Below are positions 11,059 to 21,970 of a DNA stretch of 64,000 nt, piece by piece. Location: positions 32,001 through 96,000 of the forward strand of contig CAVYXJ010000011.1 in NCBI GenBank assembly GCA_963772455.1, given 5' to 3'. Source of the DNA: Candidatus Bathyarchaeota archaeon (GTDB lineage Archaea > Thermoproteota > Bathyarchaeia > Bathyarchaeales > Bathycorpusculaceae). Numbering within the stretch: the first letter of the stretch is position 1; each line of letters starts with the position of its first letter. The position numbers and the translations under genes are program-made. A model generated the notes under the pieces. It was given only the letters and a program-made list of their open reading frames with translations. It was not told the origin of the DNA and searched no databases.

Positions 11059-13017
11059 TTATTTTTTCTCGAGTTGCTTTCGCAGTTCTGCGTATGTTGC
11101 TTTGATATCTTCGATTGAGCCTTCGTCTTCAATGGTTGATGTGTCGCCAAGAGGTGCACCTGTTAGCACTGCTTTGAGAAGTCTTCTCATGATTTTGCCG
11201 CTGCGGGTCTTTGGCAATTTGTCAACTATTATGACTGCGTCTGGAGTTGCGATTGGACCGATTGTTGTTCTGACGTGTTTTGTGAGTTCTGCTCTGAGTT
11301 CGTCTGAGGGTGTGAATCCGCTGCGTAGTACAACGAATGCTACTGGGACTTCGCCTTTAACCGCGTCTTCTTTGCCCATGACTGCTGCTTCGCTGACTGC
11401 TGGGTGTGAGACTAATGCGCTTTCAAGTTCGACGGTGCCGATTCTGTGTCCTGCTACTTTTAGAACTTCGTCTGCTCTGCCAAGTAACCAGAAGTATCCA
11501 TCAGGGTCGCGTATTGCGTAGTCGCCAACATAATAGATTCCTGGCCATTTGCCGAAGTATGTTTGTTTGAAGCGGTCATTGTCTTTCCAGATTGTTTGCA
11601 GCATTCCTGGCCAAGGAGACTTTATTACTAGGTAGCCTTTGGTTCCTTGTGGCACTGATTGTCCTTTTTCGTCGACGATGTCTGCGTTAACTCCTGGCAA
11701 CGCAAGTGTGGCTGAACCTGGTTTTAGTGGTGTAAGTTCTATGCCTGTTGCGGGAGAAATCATGAATCCTCCTGTTTCTGTTTGCCACCAGGTGTCGATG
11801 ATTGGCAATTTTTCTTTGCCGATCACACGGTAGTACCATTTCCATGCTTCGGGGTTTATGGCTTCGCCGACTGAACCGAGTTCGCGTAGTGTGGACAGGT
11901 CGTGTTTGTTGACCCATTCTTCGCCGAATTTCATGAACATGCGGACTGCGGTTGGTGTGCCGTAGAGTATGGTGACGCCGTGGTTTTCGATCATTTGCCA
12001 CCAGCGGTCTTGAGCTGGATAGTCGGGTGTTCCTTCGAAGAGGAATGCGGTGACTCCCAAGCTTAAGGGTGAATAAACGTTGTATGTGTGACCAGTGATC
12101 CAACCGATGTCTGCAACACACCAGTAAATGTCTTCGTCTGTTGGGTTAAATGCCCATTTGAGTGTCCAGTAAGCCCAAACTAAGTATCCGCCTATGCCAT
12201 GTTGGACACCTTTTGGTTTGCCTGTAGTTCCTGAAGTGTAAAGTATGAACAGTGGGTCAGTTGATTTCATGCTTTCTGGTTCAACGTATGCATTTGCGCC
12301 TGCTGCTGTCAATGCGTCGTGGTACCAGACGTCTCTGCCCTCTTTCATTTGGACTGGTTGACCTGTGCGTTTTACAACGATAACTTTCTCAATGTTTGGC
12401 ATAAGTGATGATGCACGGTCTGCATTATCTTTGATTCCAACTGGTTTGCCTCTTCTGAATGAGCCATCTGCGGTTACAAGGATTTTTGCTCCGCAGTCGT
12501 TTACTCTGTCGGCTAATGCTTCAGCACTAAATCCTGAAAAGACCACAGTGTGAACTCCTCCGATTCTTGCGGTTGCAAGAAGAGTTATTGGCAGTTCAGG
12601 AATAACTGGCAAGAAAACAGCGACGCGGTCGCCTCTTTTGACGCCAGAATCTTTGAGTGCTTTTGCAAGTTTATTCACTTCACGGTATAGTTGATAATAA
12701 GTGTAAGTTTTTACTTCACCCATCTCGCCTTCCCAAATGTAGGCAAGCTTGTTTTTGCGATTGCCCTTCACGTGCCTGTCGATTGCGTTATAGCAGATGT
12801 TGAGTTCTCCATCAGGGAACCAATTAAAAAACGGCGGGTTCGAATCATCCAGCACTTTAGTTGGCGCTTTGAACCAGTCGATGGCTTTTGCTTTTTCTGC
12901 CCAGAATTCTTGAGGGTTCTTAATGGATTTTTCCCATTCTGCTTTGCGTATTTCTCCAGAAGAAACCTTTGCAATACTTGGACTGTATCTATCATTGAAA
13001 GGTAAACTATCGGACAT
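11059..13017 (-). CDS. acs: Acetate--CoA ligase (AMP-forming acetyl-CoA synthetase)
   Basis: YTSGTTGKPKG, ADIGWITGH, DTWWQTETG, LPKTRSGKIMRR. Confidence 0.96.
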   Translation of the reverse strand: MSDSLPFNDRYSPSIAKVSSGEIRKAEWEKSIKNPQEFWAEKAKAIDWFKAPTKVLDDSNPPFFNWFPDGELNICYNAIDRHVKGNRKNKLAYIWEGEMGEVKTYTYYQLYREVNKLAKALKDSGVKRGDRVAVFLPVIPELPITLLATARIGGVHTVVFSGFSAEALADRVNDCGAKILVTADGSFRRGKPVGIKDNADRASSLMPNIEKVIVVKRTGQPVQMKEGRDVWYHDALTAAGANAYVEPESMKSTDPLFILYTSGTTGKPKGVQHGIGGYLVWAYWTLKWAFNPTDEDIYWCVADIGWITGHTYNVYSPLSLGVTAFLFEGTPDYPAQDRWWQMIENHGVTILYGTPTAVRMFMKFGEEWVNKHDLSTLRELGSVGEAINPEAWKWYYRVIGKEKLPIIDTWWQTETGGFMISPATGIELTPLKPGSATLALPGVNADIVDEKGQSVPQGTKGYLVIKSPWPGMLQTIWKDNDRFKQTYFGKWPGIYYVGDYAIRDPDGYFWLLGRADEVLKVAGHRIGTVELESALVSHPAVSEAAVMGKEDAVKGEVPVAFVVLRSGFTPSDELRAELTKHVRTTIGPIATPDAVIIVDKLPKTRSGKIMRRLLKAVLTGAPLGDTSTIEDEGSIEDIKATYAELRKQLEKK

Positions 13018-13200
13018 ATGATATCATTTCCTATTAGATGCTGGGAACAAATAGCCTTTGAGAATATAAGTTTTTTCAACTAAAAAGGTAAAAACAAAAA
13101 AAGAATAGCCCCTTTTGCTTAAACAAGATAAGAATCCTACTGAATAAGAAAACAGAAAGGACTGCGAAATAAGAAAAAATAAAAAGGAAATGGAAGATTT

Positions 13201-13788
13201 TTATTGTTTGACTGGAAAGATTGGCAGGACTGTTTTCTGGTTTGCTTCGTTTAAGACTTCTGCGAGTCCAAGATAAACTGCGCTTCCGCCGCAAATGACG
13301 CCTTCGATGCCAGTGATTGTGTTGAACCAAACTGGGTTGCCAAGTAGTTCGCGTGTTGTTAGCATGAAGAACAGTATTGCCAAGCTCATGAATACGAATT
13401 GTAGTGTGCGGTTTGCTTTTAGGGTGCCAAAGAACATTGCGAAGGTGAATATGCCCCACATGAAGAAGTAGGCTGCCATCGATACGTCATTTGGTGCAGC
13501 GAATCCAGGTGAAATGAATGTTAATTTTGGCAAGACAAGCAGAAGAACAAGTGACCACCAGAAGAAACCGTAAGCGCTAAAAGCTACTGTCCCGAATGTG
13601 TTGCCTTTTTTAAATTCCATGATACCGACGATTATCTGTGCGAGCCCACCGAAAGCTATGCCCATAGCTAGAATCATTGTGTCAAGAGGATTAAAGACGC
13701 CTGCGTTATGCAAGTTTAGCAGTACTGTTGTTAGTCCGAAGCCTAATAGTCCAAGAGGAGCAGGATTAGCTAATTTCTGTATACTCAT
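13201..13788 (-). CDS. satP: Acetate uptake transporter, GPR1/FUN34/YaaH (SatP) family
   Basis: [22 protein letters not shown] signature, GNTFG..AF..YG.FW; start reassigned to ATG at 13788; adjacent to acs. Confidence 0.92.
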   Translation of the reverse strand: MSIQKLANPAPLGLLGFGLTTVLLNLHNAGVFNPLDTMILAMGIAFGGLAQIIVGIMEFKKGNTFGTVAFSAYGFFWWSLVLLLVLPKLTFISPGFAAPNDVSMAAYFFMWGIFTFAMFFGTLKANRTLQFVFMSLAILFFMLTTRELLGNPVWFNTITGIEGVICGGSAVYLGLAEVLNEANQKTVLPIFPVKQ

Positions 13789-13834
13789 TGATATTTCCCC
13801 GATTTGATAGTTTAACTGAATTCTACATACTTTT

Positions 13835-16621
13835 TTATAAAGCTTTGGAAATTGATTTGTTTCGCGATCTTGAAGATGCATATTTGCCAACTTCTAAAGT
13901 AGCAAAAACTATTCCTGCAAAGAAAGCAGCTACTGCCCAATCAATCAGTTCCGGCGTATGTACATAAAAGACGGATTGTAGAGTTGGTACGTACAAAATT
14001 ACCAATTGCAAAGCAAAAGATAAGAGAATTGCAATCCAAAGCCACTTATTTTTAAACACTCCAACCTTGAATACAGGATATTTCAATGATCGCATTGAAA
14101 GAGCTATTACAAGCTCCATAGCAATCATGGCTGTAAGCAACTGCGTTCTGGCTTCCAAAAGATGAAAATCACTTGTCCATGGCATATGTGAAAAGTAAGC
14201 CACCAATAACAAAGCAGCCATTAGAGCAGGCATAACACTCAGGTAAACCTTGACATCCTTAGTAAACACGCTTTCATTTGGTTTGCGAGGCTTGCGCTCC
14301 ATTAAATCAGGATCTCCCGGGTCAACGCCCAAAGCAATGGCGGGTAACCCATCGGTAACAAGATTCATCCAAAGCAATTGTACTGCCATCAATGCAATTG
14401 CTGCGTTATTTATTGATTCCAGCCCTTGAACGGTTGAGTTTAATCCAGGCGAAAACACACTAGCAAGATAAGGTACCGACACAACAACTATGAACATAAC
14501 CAAGATTTCCATAATGTTACATTGCAACAAATATGTTAGGTATTTCTTAATGTTATCAAAAATTTCACGTCCTTCCCTCACAGCTTTAACTATGCTAGCA
14601 AAATTATCATCCGCCAAAACCATGTCTGCCGCTTCTTTAGTGACTTCTGTTCCTGAGATGCCCATTGCAATCCCGATATCGCTAATTTTAAGCGCTGGAG
14701 CATCATTCACGCCGTCCCCAGTCATAGCGACCACTTGATCTTTCTTCTTCCAAGCTTTTACTATTCGTACTTTGTGTTCAGGGGCAACGCGGGCATAAAT
14801 GACTACTTCTTCCACAACTTCAGCTAGTTGTTCATCTGTCATTTGTTCAAGTTCTTGTCCAGTTAACACACGACTTGCGATGTCTTTTTCATCTAACAAC
14901 TTGAGTTCTTTGCCGACAGCAGTTGCTGTGAGTTTATGGTCACCTGTAATCATGACTACGCGTATACCTGCTTTTTTACAGATGGCTATGGCATCTTTGA
15001 CTTCGGGCCGTGGTGGATCAATCATACTCATTATGCCAACAAAAATAAAACCTTCTTCCATTTCTTCTTTAAATTCTTCTGCGGAATTGGGAAGTTCTTT
15101 GTAGGCGAATGCTAAATTACGAAGAGCTTGTGAAGCAAATTCTTCTGCAACTTTGAAGTGTTTAATTTGGATCTCTTTACTAAACTCCCGTACTTCGTTG
15201 CCTAAAAGAATTTTATTGCAACATTCAAAAACCATTTCCGGAGCGCCTTTCATATAAGCAATTCTTTTACTGTTTACAGAATGGATTGTTGTCATACGTT
15301 TTCGCTCCGAAGAGAAAGGGACTTCAAAAACCCGAGGTTCTTGATCTTCAAGGGTTTCTTTGCTTAGCTCTGCTTTTTCGGCAGCAACAACTAATGCGCC
15401 TTCCGTTGGGTCACCTCTAATAATCCATTTCCCTGTTTGGGTGTCCTGTTCAAGACCTGAGTCATTGCATAAAACTGCGACTTTAAGAAGAAATTTGAGG
15501 TTTTCGTCAGGGGAAACTTTTTTGTCTTCAACTTGGAATTCGCCTTCTGGATCGTATCCAATACCTGAAACTTTGATATGTTGCTCATTTACGTAAATTC
15601 TTTGAACGGTCATTTCGCCCTTGGTCATTGTTCCTGTCTTATCGCTACAAATAACGCTTGTACTGCCAAGCGTCTCCACCGCAGGCAATCGTTTAACGAT
15701 AGAATTAACTTTAGCCATCCGGTACATACCAATTGCAAGCGCACCTGTAACTATAGCTGGCAACGCCTCAGGCACAGCTGCAACGGCTAAACTGATAGCC
15801 CACAAAACCATGTCCAATACTGGTCGGTGTTCAACAACTACTCCAACAACACCAACACTTACAGCAACAACCAAAGCTAAAATGCCAATCCATTTACCAA
15901 CCCCACTCAAACGCCTCTCTAAAGGGGTATGCTCTTCAGGAGCGGCTTGAACCATCTCTGCTATCTTGCCAAACTCAGTATTCATACCTGAAGTTGTAAC
16001 CACAGCCTTGCCTCTGCCGTAAACAACAACAGTTCCCGTATAGACTATATTGCGTCGATCGTTTAACTGGGTTTGTTCAGGCAACGTAATGCTTAATTTG
16101 TTAACTGGTGAAGATTCACCTGTCAATGAGGCTTCATCTGTTTTCATTGTAAAAGCTTCTATAAGTCTTGCATCTGAAGGTACTTTGTCGCCGGTATAAA
16201 GTAGAATAATGTCTCCTGGGACTAGTTGAGCGGCTGGAATTCTAACTTCTTTTCCATCCCGAAGCACACTTGCAGTAGGAGCTGTCATTTTTTTAAGAGC
16301 TTCAACAGCTTTTTCGCTACGGTATTCTTGGGTGAAACCTAATGTTGCACTTGCTATAACTATTGCCAGAATTATTGCTGCATCAGTGATTTCTCCAACC
16401 GCAAAAGAAAGCCCAATAGCAACAAGAAGAATAATCATAAGAATATCAGTGAATTGCCCCAACAAAAGCTTAAGAGAAGACTTTCCTTTTTCTTTTTTAA
16501 GTTCGTTAGGTCCAAACTGTAATAGACGCTCTTGGGCTTGAAGAGTGGTTAATCCTTTGAGAGTTACTTTTAAGTCGAGCAAGGTTTCTTCAATAGTTTT
16601 ATTATGCCATTGTTTCGTCAT
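13835..16621 (-). CDS. P-type ATPase, type IIA (Ca2+-transporting-like)
   Basis: [45 protein letters not shown]. Confidence 0.95.
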   Translation of the reverse strand: MTKQWHNKTIEETLLDLKVTLKGLTTLQAQERLLQFGPNELKKEKGKSSLKLLLGQFTDILMIILLVAIGLSFAVGEITDAAIILAIVIASATLGFTQEYRSEKAVEALKKMTAPTASVLRDGKEVRIPAAQLVPGDIILLYTGDKVPSDARLIEAFTMKTDEASLTGESSPVNKLSITLPEQTQLNDRRNIVYTGTVVVYGRGKAVVTTSGMNTEFGKIAEMVQAAPEEHTPLERRLSGVGKWIGILALVVAVSVGVVGVVVEHRPVLDMVLWAISLAVAAVPEALPAIVTGALAIGMYRMAKVNSIVKRLPAVETLGSTSVICSDKTGTMTKGEMTVQRIYVNEQHIKVSGIGYDPEGEFQVEDKKVSPDENLKFLLKVAVLCNDSGLEQDTQTGKWIIRGDPTEGALVVAAEKAELSKETLEDQEPRVFEVPFSSERKRMTTIHSVNSKRIAYMKGAPEMVFECCNKILLGNEVREFSKEIQIKHFKVAEEFASQALRNLAFAYKELPNSAEEFKEEMEEGFIFVGIMSMIDPPRPEVKDAIAICKKAGIRVVMITGDHKLTATAVGKELKLLDEKDIASRVLTGQELEQMTDEQLAEVVEEVVIYARVAPEHKVRIVKAWKKKDQVVAMTGDGVNDAPALKISDIGIAMGISGTEVTKEAADMVLADDNFASIVKAVREGREIFDNIKKYLTYLLQCNIMEILVMFIVVVSVPYLASVFSPGLNSTVQGLESINNAAIALMAVQLLWMNLVTDGLPAIALGVDPGDPDLMERKPRKPNESVFTKDVKVYLSVMPALMAALLLVAYFSHMPWTSDFHLLEARTQLLTAMIAMELVIALSMRSLKYPVFKVGVFKNKWLWIAILLSFALQLVILYVPTLQSVFYVHTPELIDWAVAAFFAGIVFATLEVGKYASSRSRNKSISKAL

Positions 16622-17180
16622 TATTTTCTTCCTCGACAGAATGTTTTTGATGGTAAATTTTACTATGCTTGTAAAGTGAAACGGTCCCTATTAACAAAAT
16701 TATTAGGCTTAACAAGTAGAGAATCCAGGTGAAAACTGGTCCGTTGTTGGAGATATGCTTTTGCCATTGCCATGGAAAATCTTCAGGTTGCCGCAGTGGC
16801 CAAGCCCCGATTACCAGATAAATAAAACCAAAAGCCGTCAATAATATCGCTATGTATTGCTTGTTGTGGGATACTTCTGGCTTTATTCCACGTATACAGT
16901 AAAAGCAAAGCATAAACGCTCCAACGATCAACGCGGGGAAACTTGTTAGAAAGAAGATTGGATCGATAAAACTACGGGGAAGCAATGTGTTGATTGCTGT
17001 TGGAGGGTAACTAGTCATGTCTTTACCCCAGTCAGTTATAGTCCACTGGCTAAGAATAACTGACGACATATAGAATACTCCATAAGCAGCCAAAAACAGA
17101 GCCAAAGATGCCTCATGGTTTCTCAAATAATTGGAAATTCTGTAAGCAAAAACACGCGGTTGAAACTCACTCATTGGCAA
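16602..17180 (-). CDS. Hypothetical membrane protein (about 4 TM)
   Basis: 192-aa hydrophobic ORF overlapping the ATPase start. Confidence 0.75.
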   Translation of the reverse strand: MPMSEFQPRVFAYRISNYLRNHEASLALFLAAYGVFYMSSVILSQWTITDWGKDMTSYPPTAINTLLPRSFIDPIFFLTSFPALIVGAFMLCFYCIRGIKPEVSHNKQYIAILLTAFGFIYLVIGAWPLRQPEDFPWQWQKHISNNGPVFTWILYLLSLIILLIGTVSLYKHSKIYHQKHSVEEENNDETMA

Positions 17181-17432
17181 ATCCTTGCTATATAAGATAT
17201 TTTTAGTGCACCCTCAAGATATATTAGTTTTGAAAATTGTCAATTTGAACATATCTCTTTTGTCTATTGCTTTCTTATAGTCATATATATTGGATATTTT
17301 CAAGAATCTTTTAGAACCTTCAATAATTCACCCAGGCTTTTTAAGCCATCTAAACCCTCAAAACCAACCATATACAAAAAGTTCTAATGTTTTAAAACTC
17401 ACTACTATAACAATGCCCAAAAAGGTGTTGTT

Positions 17433-18134
17433 ATGAAATTCGAGACCAAAATGCAAGAGATAATACCGCGCACTCAGGACGTAACAAGTTTCAGGTTTTC
17501 CAGACCGACCGATTTAGATTACAAACCAGGGCAGTTTATGTTTGTAACACTAAAACAAGGTGAGAAAGAATTGAGCAAACACTTCAGCTTCAGCAGCAGC
17601 CCAACAGAAAAAGAACATATAGAATTCACGAAGAAATTCACCGATCATGAATATTCATTGGCCTTGAAAGCGGCAAAAATTGGCGATTGGGCAAGAATAG
17701 ATGCGCCATATGGTCAATTTACTTTTGAAGGAGAATACCCAAAAATCGCGTTGCTTGGAGGCGGCATAGGAATAACTCCTTTTTTGAGCATCTGCAAAAA
17801 CGCAACGGACAAGGCTTTGAAAAGTAAAATCACGCTTTTCTATGGGTGCAAGACAGAAAAAGATTTAGCATTCAGAAGTGAACTTGAGAATTTAGCAGAT
17901 AAAAACAAGAATCTGAATCTTGTTTTAATGGTTTCCGAACCTACAGTTCAATGGAAAGGAGCAACAGGCATTATTAACTCTGAGAAAGTAAAACAGCATC
18001 TTCCCGATTATAGAGAAACCATGTTTTTTACTTGTGGACCGCCACCTATGGTCGAAGCTATGGAAAAACTCGTATTAAACTTGGGGTTACCTAAAGAAAA
18101 TTTAAAAAGGGAATACTTTACGGGCTACCAATAA
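17433..18134 (+). CDS. FAD/NAD(P)H-binding oxidoreductase, ferredoxin-NADP reductase family
   Basis: YKPGQF, HFSFSS, GGGIGITPF, CGPPPM, terminal EYF. Confidence 0.9.
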   Translation: MKFETKMQEIIPRTQDVTSFRFSRPTDLDYKPGQFMFVTLKQGEKELSKHFSFSSSPTEKEHIEFTKKFTDHEYSLALKAAKIGDWARIDAPYGQFTFEGEYPKIALLGGGIGITPFLSICKNATDKALKSKITLFYGCKTEKDLAFRSELENLADKNKNLNLVLMVSEPTVQWKGATGIINSEKVKQHLPDYRETMFFTCGPPPMVEAMEKLVLNLGLPKENLKREYFTGYQ

Positions 18135-18145
18135 AGAAAATGGGG

Positions 18146-19429
18146 TTAAGGATAGAACCTACGTGTTGTTCGTGGGAATGGAATAGCGTCGATAATATTG
18201 TCTAAGTCAAGCATCCAAACTAGCAGGCGTTCTAAGCCCATGCCAAAACCAACATGTGGTACAGTGCCGTAACGTCGCAGGTCAAGGTACCACTCGTAAT
18301 CTTCAGGTTTCAAACCTTGCGCCTTCATACGTTCGGTGAGTATGTCTTTGTTTTCTTCTCTTGCGCCGCCTGTACTGATTTCGCCTATTCTTGGAACCAT
18401 CATATCAACCGACATTGCAACCTCTGGGTGGTCGCTGTAAGTTTTGCAGTAGAAAGCCTTGATTTCTGTTGGGTAATCATAGACGAAGAAAGGTCTACCA
18501 AAGTCTTCAGCTAAAACCTTCTCGTCTTCGTATCCTAAGTCTGATCCCCATTCTAAAACTGGGTTTTTAGGTTTAAGACGCTCGATTGCTTCTTTATATG
18601 TTATTCTTGGAAAAGGCGTTTGAACAGCTTTTAGCTTTTCGATGTCAGCCCCTAGCTCCTTGAATTCTTTTTGGCATTTTTCTCCAATAGCATGACAAAT
18701 ATATGACATTAAGTTCTCTTCAAACTGCATCAAATCGTTCATGTCTGCAAAAGGCCATTCTCCTTCCATGTGCCAATATTCAGTTAAATGTCTGATTGTT
18801 CGACTTTTCTCTGCTCGAAAAGATGGAGCAATGCAATAGACATTTTCTAAGGAGTAAATTAGTATTTCAAGGTAAAGTTGACTGCTTTGAGTCAAGAATA
18901 AGTCTTGATCAAAATATTTTAAGCCAAACAGTGTTGACCCGCCTTCAACCGCTGCTGAAATGAACATAGGGGGAGAAACTTCAGTGTACTCTTGGCTTTT
19001 GAAGTACTCTCTTGCCGCTTCTAAAACTTCAGCCCTAACCTTCATAACTAAATTCATTTTTCTACTTCGCAGCCAAAGGTGACGCATGTCCCGAATAAAT
19101 TCTTCACTTTTGTCTTTGGAAATTGGGAAGGTTTCTGCTAAACCCACTATATTTAACGAGTCAATACTGATTTCAAAACCACCTGGAGCACGTTTATCCT
19201 CTTTTGAGACCCCTTCAACAGTGAGTGAGGATTCGATTGTGAGTTTTTGTGCTTCGGTCCAACTTGGACTGGTTTTCTTTATTGTACATTGGATTATTCC
19301 CGTTGAATCACGTATAACTATGAAAATAAGTTCTTTTCCTTCACGTTTGCGATAGACCCAACCGCGAACCAGAACTTTCTGGTTTGTAAAGCAACCTTCC
19401 AAGATTTTTATTATTTTAACCAAAGCCAT
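18146..19429 (-). CDS. asnS: Asparaginyl-tRNA synthetase
   Basis: OB fold VRGWV, EGGSTLF, LTQSSQLYLE, FRAEKSRT.RHLTEYW, RRYGTVPH.GFGMGLER. Confidence 0.9.
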   Translation of the reverse strand: MALVKIIKILEGCFTNQKVLVRGWVYRKREGKELIFIVIRDSTGIIQCTIKKTSPSWTEAQKLTIESSLTVEGVSKEDKRAPGGFEISIDSLNIVGLAETFPISKDKSEEFIRDMRHLWLRSRKMNLVMKVRAEVLEAAREYFKSQEYTEVSPPMFISAAVEGGSTLFGLKYFDQDLFLTQSSQLYLEILIYSLENVYCIAPSFRAEKSRTIRHLTEYWHMEGEWPFADMNDLMQFEENLMSYICHAIGEKCQKEFKELGADIEKLKAVQTPFPRITYKEAIERLKPKNPVLEWGSDLGYEDEKVLAEDFGRPFFVYDYPTEIKAFYCKTYSDHPEVAMSVDMMVPRIGEISTGGAREENKDILTERMKAQGLKPEDYEWYLDLRRYGTVPHVGFGMGLERLLVWMLDLDNIIDAIPFPRTTRRFYP

Positions 19430-19697
19430 CGGGCATCATCCATTTCCATTTAATACTTAATTTCCAACCTAAATGCCTATCGATTGACAGTTAAAACTTT
19501 GGGAATAATTTATGGGCCTAAACTCTGGTGTAACCCGTCCAATCGCTCAATGTTCTTTAGTAGAACGGCTTAGGTAAAGGAAATCTAACACACATTATCC
19601 ATCAGGGAGGATGGAATATCGAAACCCTTATTTGCAAATCGATCTGAAATAAATAGATTATGGGCAGTAATTTTGTAAATATTGGGATGGGGGAGAA

Positions 19698-20576
19698 ATG
19701 CAAGAAGACTTAGTTGTTAAATTAGCAAGTTTTGGGTTCACGGTGAACCAAGCAAAAGTATATTTGAGTATCGTGCAATCCGGGAAAACTCGCGTTGGAA
19801 GAATATCAAGAGGTACCCAGCTACATCGACAAGACATCTATAAGCTGTTACCTAAACTTGAAAAATTGGGATTAATCACAAAAACCATCGACAAACCTTT
19901 CATGATTGAAGCAATTCCAATCGAAAAAGCCTTGGAAACGCTTATCTTAAAAGAAAAAGACAAAGCAAATCAAAGAATTTCTCAATTAGAAAACAACCTC
20001 AAAGAAATGGTAACAGCTATTCAAATGCAACCAGAGATCAAAGAAGAAGCGCGATTTACTCTCCTAACAAGTGACGAAGCCATTAAGAACCGAGGCCGCC
20101 TAATTTTTAAGAAGTCAAAAAAAGATTTCAAAATAGTCGTCAGCATGGAACACATAACAAAAACTAATTTACATTATTTCCGTGAATTTCTCCAATTAAT
20201 AGCTGACCACAATGCAAGACTAGAATTAATTATTGTTACAACTGAAGACAAAGAAGAAGTAAAGCAAATTGTTGAAAAAATAGCACCTAACAATGGACAA
20301 TTCAAAGTAAAGTTCATAGATAATAGTATTTGTAAAAACTACCAAGTCATAGACAATAGAGAAGTTTGGATTTCAACTCAGCAAAATACAGAAAATGGGT
20401 TCCCATGTTTGCTATGGACAAACGACTTAAACATTGTTGGAACTTACAGAGAAAACTTCCAAAGGACGTGGACAAATCCAAAAGCCATTACAGTTAACCC
20501 AACCGACATAATCCAAGCATTTCAATCATTTGCTCCAAAGCAATTAAATAATGAAAAGTGCATGCCAGCGGTTTAA
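19698..20576 (+). CDS. TrmB family transcriptional regulator
   Basis: N-terminal GFT.NQAKVY...HRQDIYKLL..LEKLGL HTH, coiled coil, C-terminal PLD-like effector domain. Confidence 0.85.
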   Translation: MQEDLVVKLASFGFTVNQAKVYLSIVQSGKTRVGRISRGTQLHRQDIYKLLPKLEKLGLITKTIDKPFMIEAIPIEKALETLILKEKDKANQRISQLENNLKEMVTAIQMQPEIKEEARFTLLTSDEAIKNRGRLIFKKSKKDFKIVVSMEHITKTNLHYFREFLQLIADHNARLELIIVTTEDKEEVKQIVEKIAPNNGQFKVKFIDNSICKNYQVIDNREVWISTQQNTENGFPCLLWTNDLNIVGTYRENFQRTWTNPKAITVNPTDIIQAFQSFAPKQLNNEKCMPAV

Positions 20577-20591
20577 AATATAATATCTTTT

Positions 20592-21836
20592 TTATTTTTC
20601 TTTAACGCTAGGCTCATAAACTCTCCAATAGACAAAAATGGATAGAGGAATCGCTGCCACTGCTAATAGTAAAAATGGAAGTGAAGGAGAAACAAAAGCA
20701 TAAAGCAAACCCACAATGATTTGCAGGACCGCTTGCATTATAAACATGAAAAATTGCATACACCCCATCACAGTTCCTCTTAACCCTCGGGGAACTAAAT
20801 CACCCATCAAAACTTGGTAACTATTCAGTTGAAGCAAATTTCCCAGACCAAAGAAGAAAAATGCTAGAAGAAGCATGTTAAAATCAGCGTTCACAAAAAG
20901 AAACATCCCTGGTACATATAACAAATAACCTAAAATCAAAAATTTTTTTCGCCCTAGGACATCCATGCTAAACCCCGCAATTATTCCAGGAACAGCGATA
21001 CTTAGGTATCTAAAGGCTACAACAATAGCCCATTGCTCCAACGAAATTTTAAGAATTGAAGTAGCATAAACCACAAAATAAGTTTGGCAACTAACCACCA
21101 ATCCATTTATTATTATAATGGCCAAAAAAAGGTTAAAAGCTGATGAAGGAACTTTGCGCCAAACATTTATTCCTTCTTTTACTGACTTAGGGTAGATTCG
21201 AAGTACATTAATTAAACTTGGTCTTTCACTTTTCTCTAATGATGGCAAGGTTTCTTTCAGTTTTAGTCTTAAGATTGCAATAGAAAAATACGCTATAGAA
21301 ACTATGGTGTAACCAATGCGCATGCCCAAATCGAAATTGAAAGTTGCAACTAAATATTGTGCTATTAATGGAGCAGGCAACAAAACAAGTGTTGTAATTA
21401 CTGATTGGAAACTAAAACCTGAACCACGATTTTCAGGCGGTAAAGAATCAATAACCATTGACATTAAAGCTGGACCGTAAATGGAACATAAATTTTGAAT
21501 AAGTAGTCCTATTAGAATAAACTGCCATGAAGGGGCAAAAACGAAGAATAAGCTTCCAATAGCTAAACCAAAAGTCATTGAGACTATAAGCCATCTTCTG
21601 CCATGCTTATCTGCCAAATAGCCACCAGGAAACTGGACAAGGGCAACTGCAATGGAGCCTGCGAAACCTATAATTGAAAGTAGAAATGCATTGGCGCCTA
21701 AATTAAGATAAAAAAGGCTTGCGTATGTATCTGGAATGGGTTGTGCAGCGAATAAAATAATCCAGGTAACGGTTATGAGCAGGAAGTTGCCTCTTAGAAC
21801 CGCAGAATCTCCTCGGAAAAGATTTGACAACTTCAT
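20592..21836 (-). CDS. MFS transporter
   Basis: 12 TM, GGYLADKHGRR motif A and its repeat DVLGRKK. Confidence 0.92.
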   Translation of the reverse strand: MKLSNLFRGDSAVLRGNFLLITVTWIILFAAQPIPDTYASLFYLNLGANAFLLSIIGFAGSIAVALVQFPGGYLADKHGRRWLIVSMTFGLAIGSLFFVFAPSWQFILIGLLIQNLCSIYGPALMSMVIDSLPPENRGSGFSFQSVITTLVLLPAPLIAQYLVATFNFDLGMRIGYTIVSIAYFSIAILRLKLKETLPSLEKSERPSLINVLRIYPKSVKEGINVWRKVPSSAFNLFLAIIIINGLVVSCQTYFVVYATSILKISLEQWAIVVAFRYLSIAVPGIIAGFSMDVLGRKKFLILGYLLYVPGMFLFVNADFNMLLLAFFFFGLGNLLQLNSYQVLMGDLVPRGLRGTVMGCMQFFMFIMQAVLQIIVGLLYAFVSPSLPFLLLAVAAIPLSIFVYWRVYEPSVKEK

Positions 21837-21970
21837 TTGTAATGAAAAACCAACTAAGAATTATTTAAACAAAAATGAAATTGAAAACATATTTTGAGAA
21901 AGCAATTCGTCTATTATACCCCGCAATTCTTAAATCGCCCTTGTCATGAGGATAATTAGATTAATAAAAA

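Noticed and set aside
7183-12553. Long antisense or alternate-frame ORFs such as 8104..8682, 9390..9842, 10985..11521 and 11687..12121
   Set aside because: Shadows of dnaK, dnaJ and acs with no independent motifs; the same applies to 33191..33619, 46895..47362, 61033..61584 and 63286..63717.
19598-19615. TCCATC-N6-GATGGA inverted repeat upstream of the TrmB regulator
   Set aside because: 6-bp arms can arise by chance and I saw no second copy; a weak operator candidate at best.
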